DNA of 64,000 nt from Octopus vulgaris (GCA_951406725.2 OX597823.1:3038001-3102000); one strand, 5' to 3'. Numbered from the stretch's first letter, positions 12,314 through 25,232 are shown. Notes: generated by a model from the letters alone, not told the origin. Numbers and translations are program-made.

Positions 12314-12682
12314 CATATACATATACACACACACATATATATATATATATATAATTGTTCCTTTTTGCGTTTTCCCATTCTAATATCCAAATAGTTTTGC
12401 CATCACTCTCCTGATCTCCCTCTAATTATTTCACTCCCTTTTTCTCTCCCTCACTCTTTCAGTCTGCCCCTATCCCCGCCCCTTAACCCTTCCCTTTCTC
12501 TCTTTTTCATTTTTAAGTTTATTTTTTTTCTCTTTTTGTTTGTTGGTTTGTTTGTTTGTTTTCTCAGCCTTCTGCAGTTTCTGGCACGCTCTAAAATGAG
12601 GCATGCTGGGAAGATTTACACCCAATTTCCGTACATTTGCACTTGTATTCCGTCGCTGTACAGGATGTACAAGGCAGATCCC

Positions 12683-12713
<31 letters not shown>

Positions 12714-12878
12714 ATGTATTCTACGCTTCATTATGAGCGTCTGCCTGTCGTTATGTGTGCGTTGGCATGACATGTGTGTATGTGCGGTTTTCTTTATTAC
12801 AATCATCTGCACCATTTAGATAATATATAGGCACACACACACACATACAAACACACACACACACACATACACACACAC

Positions 12879-12930
<52 letters not shown>

Positions 12931-13012
12931 AATCGTAGGCGTTCTTAAGGAAAAAACGTACATGTGTACCTATTTATATTCGCACGCGTGCATATGTTTT
13001 GCGCGCGCTCGC

Positions 13013-13045
<33 letters not shown>

Positions 13046-13754
13046 GACGGGGAAAATGGTGATGCGAAATCAACAATATCATTGAAAAGAGCGGCGGTGG
13101 TGGGGTGGGGTGGAAGTATGGCAGAGGAAGGTTCTGCATAAAAAGTAACAAGCAGAGAAAAAGTTGGTTGGAGAGATGGATCTGTGTAAACATAACTTGA
13201 CATTGTAAGGACTGGCGTAGGAGGGAGAACGAGTATAGCAACCGGTGCTACGGGTTGGAGGGGGGGGGGGCGGAGGGTGGAGCGGGGCGACTCGTAACCT
13301 AGAATCACGGAAGCGCACACACATACACACACACGCACACACGCACGCATGCACACACGCACACACGCGCACGCACACGCTGTCCCTCTTTCTCTCTTTA
13401 ATGCTGCGTAATTAATGTACTTTTACGAAAATCGATCAGTCGTTGGCTTCGTGGAAAAGTCGAGTGCTTGAGATATTTATCAACCTGTATGCGTAGATAT
13501 ATATATATGTGTGTGTGTGTGTCTGTGTGTGTGTGTCCGCACGCGTTCTCACACGTATGCGTATGCATGTACCTTTGTGTCGCACGCGTATCTGTATCCG
13601 TATATATTTCTATATCTGTTGTTGTGTGTTTCTATGAGGAGCGAAGAGACGCATGCAATTGTGAATGCAAGTGTTTGTACAAGTCAATGCCCTGCAATCA
13701 ATACACGCATGCGTGGACGCGCGCAGCACTGTTAGCGGTAAAACACCCTATATG

Positions 13755-14088
13755 TTCTTCTTCTTTTTCTCCTTCCTTTTTTCATTTCTTTTCCTACTTT
13801 CCCTTTTCTTCTTTCCCTTCTTCTTCTTTTCCTTCTTTCCCTCCTCATCCTTCTTCTTCTTCTTCTCCTTCTTTCTTCTTCTTCTTCTTCTTCTTCTTCT
13901 TCTTCTCCTCCTCCTTCTCCTTCTTCTTCTTCTTCTCCTTCTTCTCCTTCTTCTTCTTCTTCTTCTTCTTCTTCTTCTTCTTCTTCTTCTTCTTCTTCTT
14001 CTTCTTCTTCTTCTCCTTCTTCTTCTTCTCCTTCTTCTTCTTCTTCTTCTTCTTCTTCTTCTTCTTCTTCTTCTTCTTCTTCTTCTTC
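13755..14088. repeat. (TTC)n polypyrimidine microsatellite
   Basis: Direct inspection. Confidence 0.95.
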
Positions 14089-14590
14089 ATTAGCCTCGGG
14101 CCAACTTTCATTGTACAAATCTACAATAAAAGAAAACATTCCATTTATGACCATCCAATCTTATTTTATTTATTTATTTATTGAGGCACAGTGTAGCTAT
14201 CTGGTTGAATAAAAATGGAAGCAATGTTTTGAACCATGGAGAATTTGTACTGGATTTTTGCAGAGTTTTGAATCTTTTTTTAAACATTTTTTTTTTTTTA
14301 CAATTGTCTGATAATACAGACATAGACTTGACCAAATACATCAATAAATTAACATTGTTATATTTTTCACCGTTGTTACAATCATCTCTGACCGAGTTGG
14401 TTGTGAATTTTGTTCGAAAGATTAGTGAAGGATTGTTGAATCGGAATTATATTGGTTATTAATCGCTGTGCCTTGAGACACTTGTTTCTGTTGTCTTACG
14501 GCAGTTTTGTTAACGCTGTCCCCATCTTTGTTGGAAGAGGGAAGCTTTTTATTTGTGTCGTCAAGATGAATGAACATTTGAATTATTCAG

Positions 14591-15294
14591 GGATCTTTTC
14601 CTTTTGAACGGCAGTTTTCAACACAATTTCTAGTTAACTAAACACTTTTAAACTTCGTATACTGGTAGAATGTGTCAAAATAAAACATTTTTTTCTCTTG
14701 GCTTTCTTGTGAAAATTGTGATTTGTAAGTTTAACGTAGTTCAATTTTTCAGATTTTAACCAATCCTATCGCCTCTATTGAGCTAAAATCATTTGCTGCG
14801 TCTAAAACTGAGACAACATCCTGTCACTAACCCTAACTCTAACCCTAATCCTCACCCTAAGCCTAAATTTTAGCCTTTCGTTGCTTTTTTTTCTTAATTG
14901 TTAAATTAATCTGTTACGCGTGTATCTAAAATTATTCGTTTTGGTTTTGTTTTGAGTTTTTGCTTTCGTTTTAGCCTTCCGTTATCCTTAAATTAATTTA
15001 ACAATTAAGAAAAAAGAACGAAAGGCTAAAATTTAGAGTTAGGGTGAGGGTTAGGGTTAGTGACGGGATGTTGTCTCAGTTTTAGACGCAGCAAATGATT
15101 TTAGCTCAATAGAGGCGATAGGATTGATTAAAATTCGAAAACTTAGACTACGTTAAACTTACAAATTACAATTTTCTCAAGAAAGCCAAGAGAAAAAAAT
15201 GTATTATTTTGACACATTCTACCAGTATACGAAGTTTAAAAGTGTTTAGTTAACTAGAAATTGTTAAAAACTGCCGTTCAAAAGGAAAAGATCC
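14591..15294. mobile_element. MITE / foldback DNA transposon with ~300-bp TIRs and 8-bp TSD (Merlin-like by GG termini)
   Basis: Termini GGATCTTTTCCTTTTGAACGGCAG...CTGCCGTTCAAAAGGAAAAGATCC; TSD TTATTCAG at 14583-14590 and 15295-15302; superfamily is an inference. Confidence 0.9.
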
Positions 15295-15309
15295 TTATTC
15301 AGACGTAAC

Positions 15310-16055
15310 AACGTCTGAGGAGGAATCGCTGGAAGGTTTGGAAGTTGCAGACCAGAAGATTGAAAAAAATGAAGGTGGAAAAAAATGAACTTTGCAGCTG
15401 CGGCTGACGAAAAAAGTGAAGAAATTTATTTCAAGAAGGCGGACTTAAAAAAAGGACAAGGAAATCCTACAAAGGGAGAGGCAAGCGGTAAAAGTGAGCC
15501 CTCCTAGTGAAGTTGCAAGGAACACACAAAGAAAGCCAGTAATATACAGAACGTATAGTCTGGAGACAAAGAAAATAGAAATGGTGACAAAAATACAAGT
15601 AGAGAAGTCTCTGAGACCTATCTGGCATGATGTCACCTACCTTGCCAGAGGGAGAAAATACGCTACGGTGGAGGTGCGATTTGCATCCGAGGAGAAGGTC
15701 AGGCAACTTTCAGTAGCCTCCCTGAAAACGGACGAGGAAATACTTCTGCCTACTTACCTTGGAAGACGTGCTTCCAGGGTAAGGGTGGAAAAGATTCTCC
15801 CAGAGGTAGAAGTCGCCTGGCTGGTGGATGCAATTTTGTTGGATGTTGAAGTGAAGATAGCGGTCTTCCGAATAATGAGAACTCCACCAAAGAATTGGCA
15901 AGGGCAGACCCTGGAAATAATCATTCAGGCTGCACCGGAGGACCTCGAATGGAAGACACTATAGCGGTGAGAGACGAGGTGGTTTTGAGAGTCATAGTGG
16001 CGGATAGGAAACCCCGCTGCTATAAATTTGGCCAGAAAGGCCACATAATCGAGAG
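15310..16055 (+). pseudogene. Gag-like LINE ORF1 remnant (RRM-like region plus degenerate zinc knuckle)
   Basis: ORF 15494-15964 (VEVRFASEE...RVRVEKI) then KPRCYKFGQKGH, a decayed CX2CX4H. Confidence 0.6.
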
Positions 16056-16937
16056 AACATTTGAATATGTGTGCCTATTATCCCAATATAAATGTGGTTG
16101 TTTTCATCTTATATAAAATATGTATCGTTGCTATTATGCAAAAGTGTCGTAAGTCCAAAACGTTGCTTTTTCAGAAAACGAAAAAATAGTTTCACCATTC
16201 CATATTTTTTCTTACATTAGCAACAGTTTCAGCTTAACGATAATACTTTGTTGGGTGCATAAAATCGTAACTCCATGCATGTATGATATTTTCAGTCAGA
16301 AATATTTTTGCAAAACTGTTGTATGTGGGACTTACTACACTTTCGAAAAATGTTAAACCGTTTTGCTACACTTTGAGAATTTTTATCAGAAGCAGCTGGA
16401 GATACGATAGTTTGACCAAAAGGACCGGCTATTGCAAACAAAATGAAATATTGAACAAAACGCATTAGGCCAAATTTGGACATACGACAGTTTAACATAA
16501 TAGCAACGATATACAGTTTTCGTCTCATTAAATATATGAACAGTTTTCATCTTATATAAAATGTATATACGTTCTTTACATTGGTTATATTACATAGATT
16601 GCTTATATGGAATTATCGGATTTCATTATCGTCACTTCCGGTCAATTTACTTTCATTTTTAAAACCCCTAAACTGTTAATTGATTTGTGCAATCAAACCT
16701 GACCTGCGGCTAAACAACATCAACGTAAAAGACCCGAAGACCTGCCACGTGTTTTACCTTTCATTCTAAGGTATCAACGCACGCATTGATTACAGGTGAT
16801 TGACAGGCACAAATCAATGTATATGGAGGCATTTGACCTGCAAATATATTCAACATATAACGATATACATTTACACGTAGACGTACAAGTCTATGCCAAC
16901 ACACACACACACACATACACACACACACACATACACA

Positions 16938-16991
<54 letters not shown>

Positions 16992-18082
16992 CACCAGAAC
17001 ATAAATGATATAAACTACGCATTAACTTATGTTTCAGTAAAATTAATAATACGTTATTTTTCTTAGAACAGAAGCGCCCCGACAATATCTTATGCTCAAA
17101 GTACCGGCAACTCGGGCAATCGCCCGGGGTGCCATGTGCTAGGGGACGCCAAACAGGGTGTAACAAAGACAAAGTAATTTCCACGACCTTCAGCTTGTAC
17201 ACGCCCAAGTTCTGCTGTCCCGGGGTGCCAGCAAGGCTAGGGAAGGCCTTGCTTATACACTTACAATTAACTCTCTCCTACTTACTATAGGAGCTCCGCC
17301 ACCCCATTTGCTCCACACCTACGTGTATTTGCATGTGTGTAAGCTTGTGTTCCTGCTTCAGTGTGCATTTATCGGCATTTCACCATAAATCATGAACGAA
17401 CGTTTTGACGCCCATTGCAAGTATTCATTTGCCCTGAACCTGTGATACTGTGTCACAGTTTAAGTTCAAATTATTTTAGATTACAAACTGGAGATTTCAG
17501 TGGGCGGCAGAATCGTCACCTTGTGTTTTTATTCGTTTAAATTCCGCCAAGATCGATATTACTTCCGTTTGAGGGGAAAAGTTTGGAATGTGAGTAATTA
17601 GGTCATTGGATTGCCTGCCAGTAATATGTTATTGATGCAAATTGGGTTTTCCGGTTTGATGAAGTCCTAATAATGGTGACAGTAAATTCGATGTTTCCGT
17701 GATGAAACAACAGAAGGATGCGCGAACCCTAATGAGACTGAAACAATTGGATAGATCTCTTTTTCTTATTTTTGTAATGAGAAATAGTTTTATTCAGCTA
17801 AACCATGCAACTTTAGCACACAAAGCACGAAGTGCATACGTTGAGACTTTTTGCAAATGGCTGTCGGCTCGCTTTCACTTGACGCGTACATAATGCATAA
17901 CAGACGCCATAACAGGAAACGTCGATTCGTAGCATTCGCCACCGATTTAACATTTTAGTTTTCCAGTCTTTCCTGATATTTTGTTGAGCCACAAAGAATT
18001 TCTAGAGACAGAGTCTGGAATTCTTCTTCCATAACTGGACCGACGTTGGTTTCCTTCACTTCTTTTACTTGTTCAGCTCAAT

Positions 18083-18467
18083 AGGAGTGGCTGTGTGGTA
18101 AGTAGCTTGCTTACCAACCACATGGTTCCGGGTTCAGTCCCACTGCGTGGCACCTTGTGCAAGTGTCTTCTACTATAGCTTCAGGCCGATCAAAGCCTTG
18201 TGAGTGAATTTGGTAGACGGAAACTGAAAGAAGCCCGTCGTATATATGTATATATATATATATGTGTTTGTATATGTTTGAGCCCCTAGCATTGCTTGAC
18301 AACCGATGCTGGTGTGTTTATGTCCCCGTCACTTCGGCAAAAGAGACCGATAGAATAAGTACAGGGCTTACAAAGAATAAGTCCCGGGGTCGAGTTGCTC
18401 GACTAAAGGCGGTGCTCCAGCATGGCCGCAGTCAAATGACTGAAACAAGTAAAGGAGTAAAGAGAGT
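18083..18467 (+). mobile_element. Full-length SINE family B
   Basis: tRNA-like head GGAGTGGCTGTGTGGTAAG...GGTTCAGTCCC; internal (TA)n; tail GGCGGTGCTCCAGCATGGCCGCAGTCAAATGACTGAAAC. Confidence 0.92.
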
Positions 18468-19627
18468 ATGTCCCGCTACAATCATCAATTGATCAAAAAC
18501 CTGTTTGAGGCGGATCCTTCGACAGGTTAACATCGCGGTAATTACCAATGGAACTCTCTGGTAAAATCAGTCTTTGATCGATTCCTTGTAGAGTTCGATC
18601 TTCTCTATGGAGCCATACCTTTTGATGAGATAGAGTCATTTCAACCGTTTGGCTAATTTGATATAAGCGTCCACTTGTTTTACGCGACTAAAATGTAGCT
18701 TTCGTTTATTGTTAGGAGTAAGCAAAACTTGTGAAGACTGTTCCTTTGTCAAGAGACGCTCAAAGTGAAACAGTCTTTCACGGAAGTTAGAGTCAATCAC
18801 AATACAAAGAAAAGATCTAATCACACGGAGTGATTACACTAAAATATCTCTTTTTGGTGGAGGGACGAAAACCAAGTATTACTGACCGCCATAGTGTCCC
18901 ATTCAGACATTCCACTTCACTGTTTCCAGCTGGACGGTCGTTGAGTAGCTTTAGTTTAAGGGATATAACTGTTCTCCAAAAAAGACAGGAAAGCATCACA
19001 AGTCATAAACTGAGAGTCTCGTCCTAAAGTAGATTTGAGACTGAAACCTGAAAACAGCGGCTTGCTGTCGGATTTGTCGTGTCTCAACACGCAAGCGCGA
19101 AAGGGAACTTCCTAATCAATGTTTTATAGCAATTAAATGCCATACTTGTCGTTTTACTAATCACAATTATTTCAGTGATGCCTTCTGTCATCGAAGAAGA
19201 TTACGTTGTAACTTCGTCAATAGTCGGAAATCTTCGTGGAATCACGTGGCCTTAAAAAAAAAAACAGGACTTATTAAAGTTACCCTTTGCACAAATTTTC
19301 AGTCTTCTTTTTCTTTCCCTTCCGAGTTCTCGTTTTTGTGTCGTTGATTCTAAGCCAACCCATCCAAGACCTTCACTTTACAAGTATCAATGATTTTCAT
19401 ACAAATAACTGTTGTCGTTTTTATTGATGTATAATTAACTGAAATAACAGGATTTCCTTGGTCAGTAATATATTCATGACATATTAATTCCATTCGTGTT
19501 TGCCTTAATATTTGTACAACAAAAAAAAACTCATAGAGTGCCAAAGGCTATCTCTATTCATTATATATCTTTGTAATAACGAAGATGAATGAGTCTTGTT
19601 TTAGTATCTGAGTATAAATATGTGTAT

Positions 19628-19677
<50 letters not shown>

Positions 19678-19690
19678 ACAGGCACACACA

Positions 19691-19735
<45 letters not shown>

Positions 19736-19783
19736 ATACATATATTTTATATATATATATATATATATACATACATACATACA

Positions 19784-19842
<59 letters not shown>

Positions 19843-20064
19843 TCAATATAGGGTGGCAAAAAAAATTTTGTAGAATTCTTTTGCCACCAGCGGCCTAGTA
19901 GGAAAAAATTAAAATAGTCATAGACCATTTTTAAGTTCAACATCAACAATAAAGGAACGGCCATAATAGGCCATTCACCCACTAGAAATAACAGCCAAAG
20001 CTTCAACCGCAAATAAAAGTTAATTCAGTAAACCAGGAGAAAATTTAAAAACATTTACCCTGTA

Positions 20065-20171
20065 ATTTCTTATACGATATACCGTTTCATCTGCTGATTA
20101 ATGGTAAACTAACCTGATTAAATTAAATCAAGCCAATCTTCCACAGGCCCTCAGATTCATCAGTAAGAAAT
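20065..20171 (-). ncRNA. Type I hammerhead ribozyme, extended stem II
   Basis: Reverse complement of 20719-20825. Confidence 0.85.
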
Positions 20172-20718
20172 AGCCCAAGACGGAACAGATATTTTCACGA
20201 GGCATTTCCGACGTTGCCAAGTTAATATCTGACCTAAAATTTTCAAATCGTCGCACTCGCGCCAAATTTATCGGCAGCAAATAAATATAAGCCGTCGATT
20301 CCATTACGGAATTAACCAGAAAATTCATAATTAATCAATATAGGGTTTTTAAATTTTCTCCTGGTTTACTGAATTAACTTTTATTTGCGGTTGAAGCTTT
20401 GGCTGTTATTTCTAGTGGGTGAATGGCCTATTATGGCCGCTCCTTTATTGTTGATGTTGAACTTAAAAATGGTCTATGACTATTTTAATTTTTTTCCCTA
20501 CTAGGCCGCTGGTGGCAAAAGAATTCTACAAAATTTTTTTGCCACCCTATATTAATTAATTATGAATTTTCTGGTTAATTCCGTAATGGAATCGACGGCT
20601 TATATTTATTTGCTGCCGATAAATTTGGCGCGAGTGCGACGATTTGAAAATTTTAGGTCAGATATTAACTTGGCAACGTCGGAAATGCCTCGTGAAAATA
20701 TCTGTTCCGTCTTGGGCT

Positions 20719-20825
20719 ATTTCTTACTGATGAATCTGAGGGCCTGTGGAAGATTGGCTTGATTTAATTTAATCAGGTTAGTTTACCATTAATCAGCAGA
20801 TGAAACGGTATATCGTATAAGAAAT
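20719..20825 (+). ncRNA. Type I hammerhead ribozyme, extended stem II
   Basis: Stem I ATTTCTTA/TAAGAAAT; CTGATGA (20727-20733); stem II ATCTG/CAGAT; GAAA (20802-20805); stem III ACGG-TATA-TCGT; GUA triplet. Confidence 0.85.
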
Positions 20826-20934
20826 TACAGGGTAAATTTTCTCCTGGTTTACTGAATTAACTTTTATTTGCGGTTGAAGCTTTGGCTGTTATTTCTAGTG
20901 GGTGAATGGCCTATTATGGCCGTTCCTTTATTGT

Positions 20935-21046
<112 letters not shown>

Positions 21047-21202
21047 TTTGTTGCTGAAAATGCACCACCTAAATTTGAAAAACTTGTAATTGTTTTAATA
21101 TAAATTTATTTAAAAACAATTACAAGTTTTTCAAATTTAGGTGCATTTTCAACAACAAATTTTACCTATATTTTTTCCTGCATGAAAATACACCTCCTTT
21201 TG

Positions 21203-21246
<44 letters not shown>

Positions 21247-21249
<3 letters not shown>

Positions 21250-22838
21250 TGATTGATTGATTGATTGATTCTAGTTTCAGCTTATGAGCTGTGGCCATGC
21301 TGGGGCACCGCCATTTGGTGTTGCTACTTGGTTTCACTTCATGGAGGCTTTCTAGCAACTGCTATTTGGTGCATGAGAGAGTTCGATGCAGCTGCCCTCA
21401 TCTGCCCCTCCTGCCGTGAAGTTGGTTCATCTGGGACACCTGACAGGAAGAGATCCAGCTTCATTTTAAAGACATCTGTATCCACCCCATGCAGGTCTCT
21501 CAGGTTCTTCGGGAGGATATTGAAGAGCTGTGGGCCTCGGAAGCCCAGGCTATCACAGAATCTTGTCCTACATCTTGATGGCAGGTTTGGAGTCCTAGGC
21601 ACCACGCAGTGGCGCCCAGTTCTGGCATTTGCGTAACTCTCGATGCCAAAGTTCAGGACACTTCCCTCCAGGATCTTCCAGATGTATATTATGGCATATC
21701 TTTCCCGCCTACGCTCCAGGGAATATAATTTTAATCTCTTGAGTCTTTCCCAGTAGCTTACATTCTGCATAGAGGCTATCTTCTTTGTGTAGCTTCGTTG
21801 GATCGCCTCAAGTTCTGTGATCAACTTGACGCTGGATGGTGACCATAGCTGAGAGCAATAGTCAAAGTGGCTTAGGACAAGTGTCTTCCAGAGGACCATC
21901 ATGGTTTCTTGTTCTCTTGTTCTAAAGGTTCTAAGAATCCAGCCAGCCAGCCGTCTACATTTCATTGTCAGTTTAGCAACATGTACATGAAAGGTCGCGT
22001 CATCACTCATGTGAATACCCAGGTCACGCACTGATTGTGCCTCTGGGATTGCAATCCCTCCGGGTCCAGTGTATTCATTGGGTATTGCATTCAGTTTTGC
22101 ATGCTGATAGTATAAAGCTTGAAACTTTCCAGCATTGAACTGCATGCTATTCTTTTCAGCCCACTTGTATATTTCGTCCAGCTCACATTGCAGGTGTTTA
22201 GTGTCCTCAGGGTTCTGTATTGCCTGTGAAACTTTTGTATCATCTGCATAACTTGTGATCGTGGCTCTCTGCGTGGCTGAGGGCATGTCTGAGAGGGCCA
22301 TTATGAACAGTAGTGGTCCCAGAACAGTGCCCTGCGGAACACCGCTCACTATTTGTGTGTTAATGGAGGTGGCCCCATTGGCTACTACCACCTGACTTCT
22401 ATCCTTCAGAAAGTCATGAAGCCATTCTCCCAGTTTTCCAACTATGTTGAGATCACGCAGTTTGTGACATATCATTCCATGATCGACTTTATCAAAGGCC
22501 TTTGCAAAGTCGAGATATATCACTTCCACATTTGAGTGGTTGAGCAGCCGTTTCAGCACCCAGTCATAGTGTTGTAGGAGCTGCGTTAAACAGCTTCTTC
22601 CTGGTCGGAAACCATGTTGGGTGTCGGGCAGCAAGTCATTCTCTTCAAGGAAGGTGATCAGCTTCCTTCTGACTATTCGTTCCATGACCTTGCTGATGTG
22701 TGAGGTCAGAGAGATAGGTCTATAGTTCTTGGCTTCCGCTCTGCTACCTCCTTTATGAATGGGGCATATTTTACCTTCCTTCAGTTTTCCTGGAAGTTTG
22801 CCAGCTGCAAGGAAGCTCTGAAAGAGGACCTGCAGTGG
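21247..22838 (-). mobile_element. 5'-truncated CR1-group LINE with (AATC)n tail
   Basis: Intact RT frame, short 3' UTR and (GATT)n on the + strand; same family as 61632-64000. Confidence 0.92.
21339..22838 (-). CDS. Reverse transcriptase (LINE ORF2 C-terminal part)
   Basis: Motifs YRPISL, QHGFRPGRS, YLDFAKAFDKV, GVPQGTVLGPLLF, YADDTK, RDLG. Confidence 0.92.
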   Translation of the reverse strand, partial: PLQVLFQSFLAAGKLPGKLKEGKICPIHKGGSRAEAKNYRPISLTSHISKVMERIVRRKLITFLEENDLLPDTQHGFRPGRSCLTQLLQHYDWVLKRLLNHSNVEVIYLDFAKAFDKVDHGMICHKLRDLNIVGKLGEWLHDFLKDRSQVVVANGATSINTQIVSGVPQGTVLGPLLFIMALSDMPSATQRATITSYADDTKVSQAIQNPEDTKHLQCELDEIYKWAEKNSMQFNAGKFQALYYQHAKLNAIPNEYTGPGGIAIPEAQSVRDLGIHMSDDATFHVHVAKLTMKCRRLAGWILRTFRTREQETMMVLWKTLVLSHFDYCSQLWSPSSVKLITELEAIQRSYTKKIASMQNVSYWERLKRLKLYSLERRRERYAIIYIWKILEGSVLNFGIESYANARTGRHCVVPRTPNLPSRCRTRFCDSLGFRGPQLFNILPKNLRDLHGVDTDVFKMKLDLFLSGVPDEPTSRQEGQMRAAASNSLMHQIAVARKPP

Positions 22839-22929
22839 TATATATATATATATGCAAATGAAAAATAAGAAAATGGAGATATTGAAGTTAATAAGAGTTT
22901 ATTATCAGCAAAATAAAATCGATCATTAT

Positions 22930-23009
22930 CCCTTACAGCTGTTTCAATTAAGCTCAGTGAAGTTAAAAAATATTAAAATCAAATTTCTGAGTATAATCCC
23001 TTCAGAGGG
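22930..23009 (-). ncRNA. Degenerate type I hammerhead in a probable Penelope pLTR remnant
   Basis: CCCT-CTGAAGG-GATTA...TAATT-GAAA-CAGCTG-TA-AGGG; A9 replaced by G. Confidence 0.55.
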
Positions 23010-23152
23010 GGACAAAGTAGACCCTTAGATATTTTGTGTGTTAGTTTTTTGAATCATCAGGGCAGACTGAATAATGCTGTTTATGATTAGTAGTGCTATA
23101 TGTCTAGGCGAGGGGATTGCAGGTTTGTTGTGGGTAAGATATAGTATGCAAA

Positions 23153-23543
23153 TGTGGAGGCGCAATGGCCCAGTGGTTAGGGCAGGGGACTCGCGGTCAT
23201 AGGATCGCGGTTTCGAATCCCAGACCGGGCGTTGTGAGTGTTTATTGAGCGAAAACACCTAAAGCTCCACGAGGCTCCGGCAGGGGATGGTGGTGATCCC
23301 TGCTGTACTCTTTCACCACAACTTTCTGTCACTCTTACTTCCTGTTTCTGTTGTACCTGTATTTCAAAGGGCCGGCCTTGTCACTCTCTATGTCACGCTG
23401 AATATCCCCGAGAACTACGTTAAGGGTAATCGTGTCTGTGGAGTGCTCAGCCACTTACACGTTAATTTCACGAGCAGGCTGTTCCGTTGATTCGGATCAA
23501 CCGGAACCCTCGTCGTCGTAACCGACGGAGTGCTTCCAATCCA
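23153..23543 (+). mobile_element. Full-length SINE family A
   Basis: Homologous to 1274-1667; TSD AGTATGCAAA at 23143-23152 and 23544-23553. Confidence 0.92.
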
Positions 23544-23744
23544 AGTATGCAAATATGATTAGGATAATGAAGAGTAAATGAATAGAGATCAAAGAGTAAA
23601 TTACAATGTAAATAAAGTACAACATGAATGAGGAGAGGAATTAAATTACATTTGTAGGTTTTATACAAAATTGAGAAAACATATCTATTGATAAAAATAC
23701 ACTCGCACTCGCTATCGCGCGATCATACGTTCTTCTGTTAATTC

Positions 23745-24065
23745 AGTATATTTGCACCTCTTGCCGTGGGGTAGATACATCTGGGACTCTCGACAGGAAG
23801 AGGTCCAATTTTGATTTTAAAGCATCTACGTCCACTTAGTGTCGGTCCCTCAGGCTCTTTGGGAGAATATTAAAAAGATGTAGGCCCCTGAAACCCAGTC
23901 TGTTGCAGTAACTGGTCCTGAAGCGCGATGGCATTGTTGGGATCTTTGGTACTGTGCGGGTCTGGCATTTGTACCCGTTCCGGCATTTGGCACAATTCCT
24001 TCCAGGATCTTCCAAATGTATATTACTGCATACCTTTCCTGCCTTCGCTCCAGGGAGTAGAGTCT
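23745..24065 (-). pseudogene. Fragment of the same CR1-group LINE RT C-terminus
   Basis: LRLYSLERRQERYAVIYIWKILEG matches the 21339-22685 protein. Confidence 0.85.
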
Positions 24066-24320
24066 TAGCTCACGATCGTAAGGTCGTGAGTTCGATTCCC
24101 GGTGGCCAGTTGTATCTTTCAGCAAGACACTTTATTTCATGTTGCTCCAGTCCACTCACCTTGCAAGAATAAGTTTTATGCGTAGCACACTGATTCTCTC
24201 TGAGAACTACGTTAAAGGTACGCATGTCTGTGGATGGACGAACCGTTTGCACGAGCAGTCGGTTCCATTGAGAGAATCAAATGGAACGCTCGTCTTCGTA
24301 ACCGACGGAGGACCCGCAAC
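24063..24320 (+). mobile_element. tRNA-derived SINE (family A-related 3' module)
   Basis: B-box GAGTTCGATTCCC; tail GAGAACTACGTTAAAGGTAC...GTAACCGACGG. Confidence 0.8.
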
Positions 24321-24398
24321 AAGGCGAAAATGAATGAGTCTGGTCTTAATATTTATACCTAATTTATGCACACACACACAAAGAAACACACTCTCACC

Positions 24399-24452
<54 letters not shown>

Positions 24453-24587
24453 GAGAGACACAGAGAGAGAGAGAGAGACCACGGTGATCGCCATGGCAGA
24501 AACGTTTAAGCTTATATAAAATACCATTATTATTATTTACAGGATTGTAAAAACGGCGCCTTATAAAAAAACATTCGCACCGAAAGC

Positions 24588-24657
<70 letters not shown>

Positions 24658-24684
24658 ATATATATATATGATATATATATATAT

Positions 24685-24757
<73 letters not shown>

Positions 24758-24905
24758 CAGTAGACTAAAAAAATAGAAAGACCTTGGTACAGTATTATAT
24801 ATTTGAAAACATGAATAAAAATGGCTTTTCTGATAATAATTTTTCCACTTTCATAATTAAATGTTTATAAGTTTTTTACCATCAATAATACGAACGATGT
24901 GAACG

Positions 24906-25185
24906 TGGGTAGCTTATCGGTTAGAGTACTTGGCTCGCGATCGTAAGGTCGTGAGTTCGATTCCCGGTGGCCAGTTGTATCTTTCAGCAAGACACTTTAT
25001 TTCATGTTGCTCCAGTCCACTCACCTTGCAAAAATAAGTTTTATGCGTAGCACACTGATTTTCTCTGAGAACTACGTTAAAGGTACGCATGTCTGTGGAT
25101 TGACGAACCATTTGCACGAGCAGTCGGTTCCATTGAGAGAATCAAATGGAACGCTCGTCTTCGTAACCGACGGAGGACCCGCAAC
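24906..25185 (+). mobile_element. Second copy of the same SINE, with head
   Basis: TAGCTTATCGGTTAGAG A-box; near-identical to 24069-24320. Confidence 0.8.
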
Positions 25186-25232
25186 AGTGCGAAAATGAAT
25201 GAGTCTGGTCTTAATATTTATACCTAATTTAT

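Noticed and set aside
14827-15060. Telomere or chromosome fusion site
   Set aside because: Only a few degenerate units, lying within the TIRs of a TSD-flanked MITE
17650-17750. Hammerhead-like TGATGA/GAAAC words
   Set aside because: No consistent stems I-III
20128-20762. Identical 66-aa ORFs on both strands
   Set aside because: A by-product of the inverted repeat, with no recognisable domain; the unit is better explained as a structured RNA
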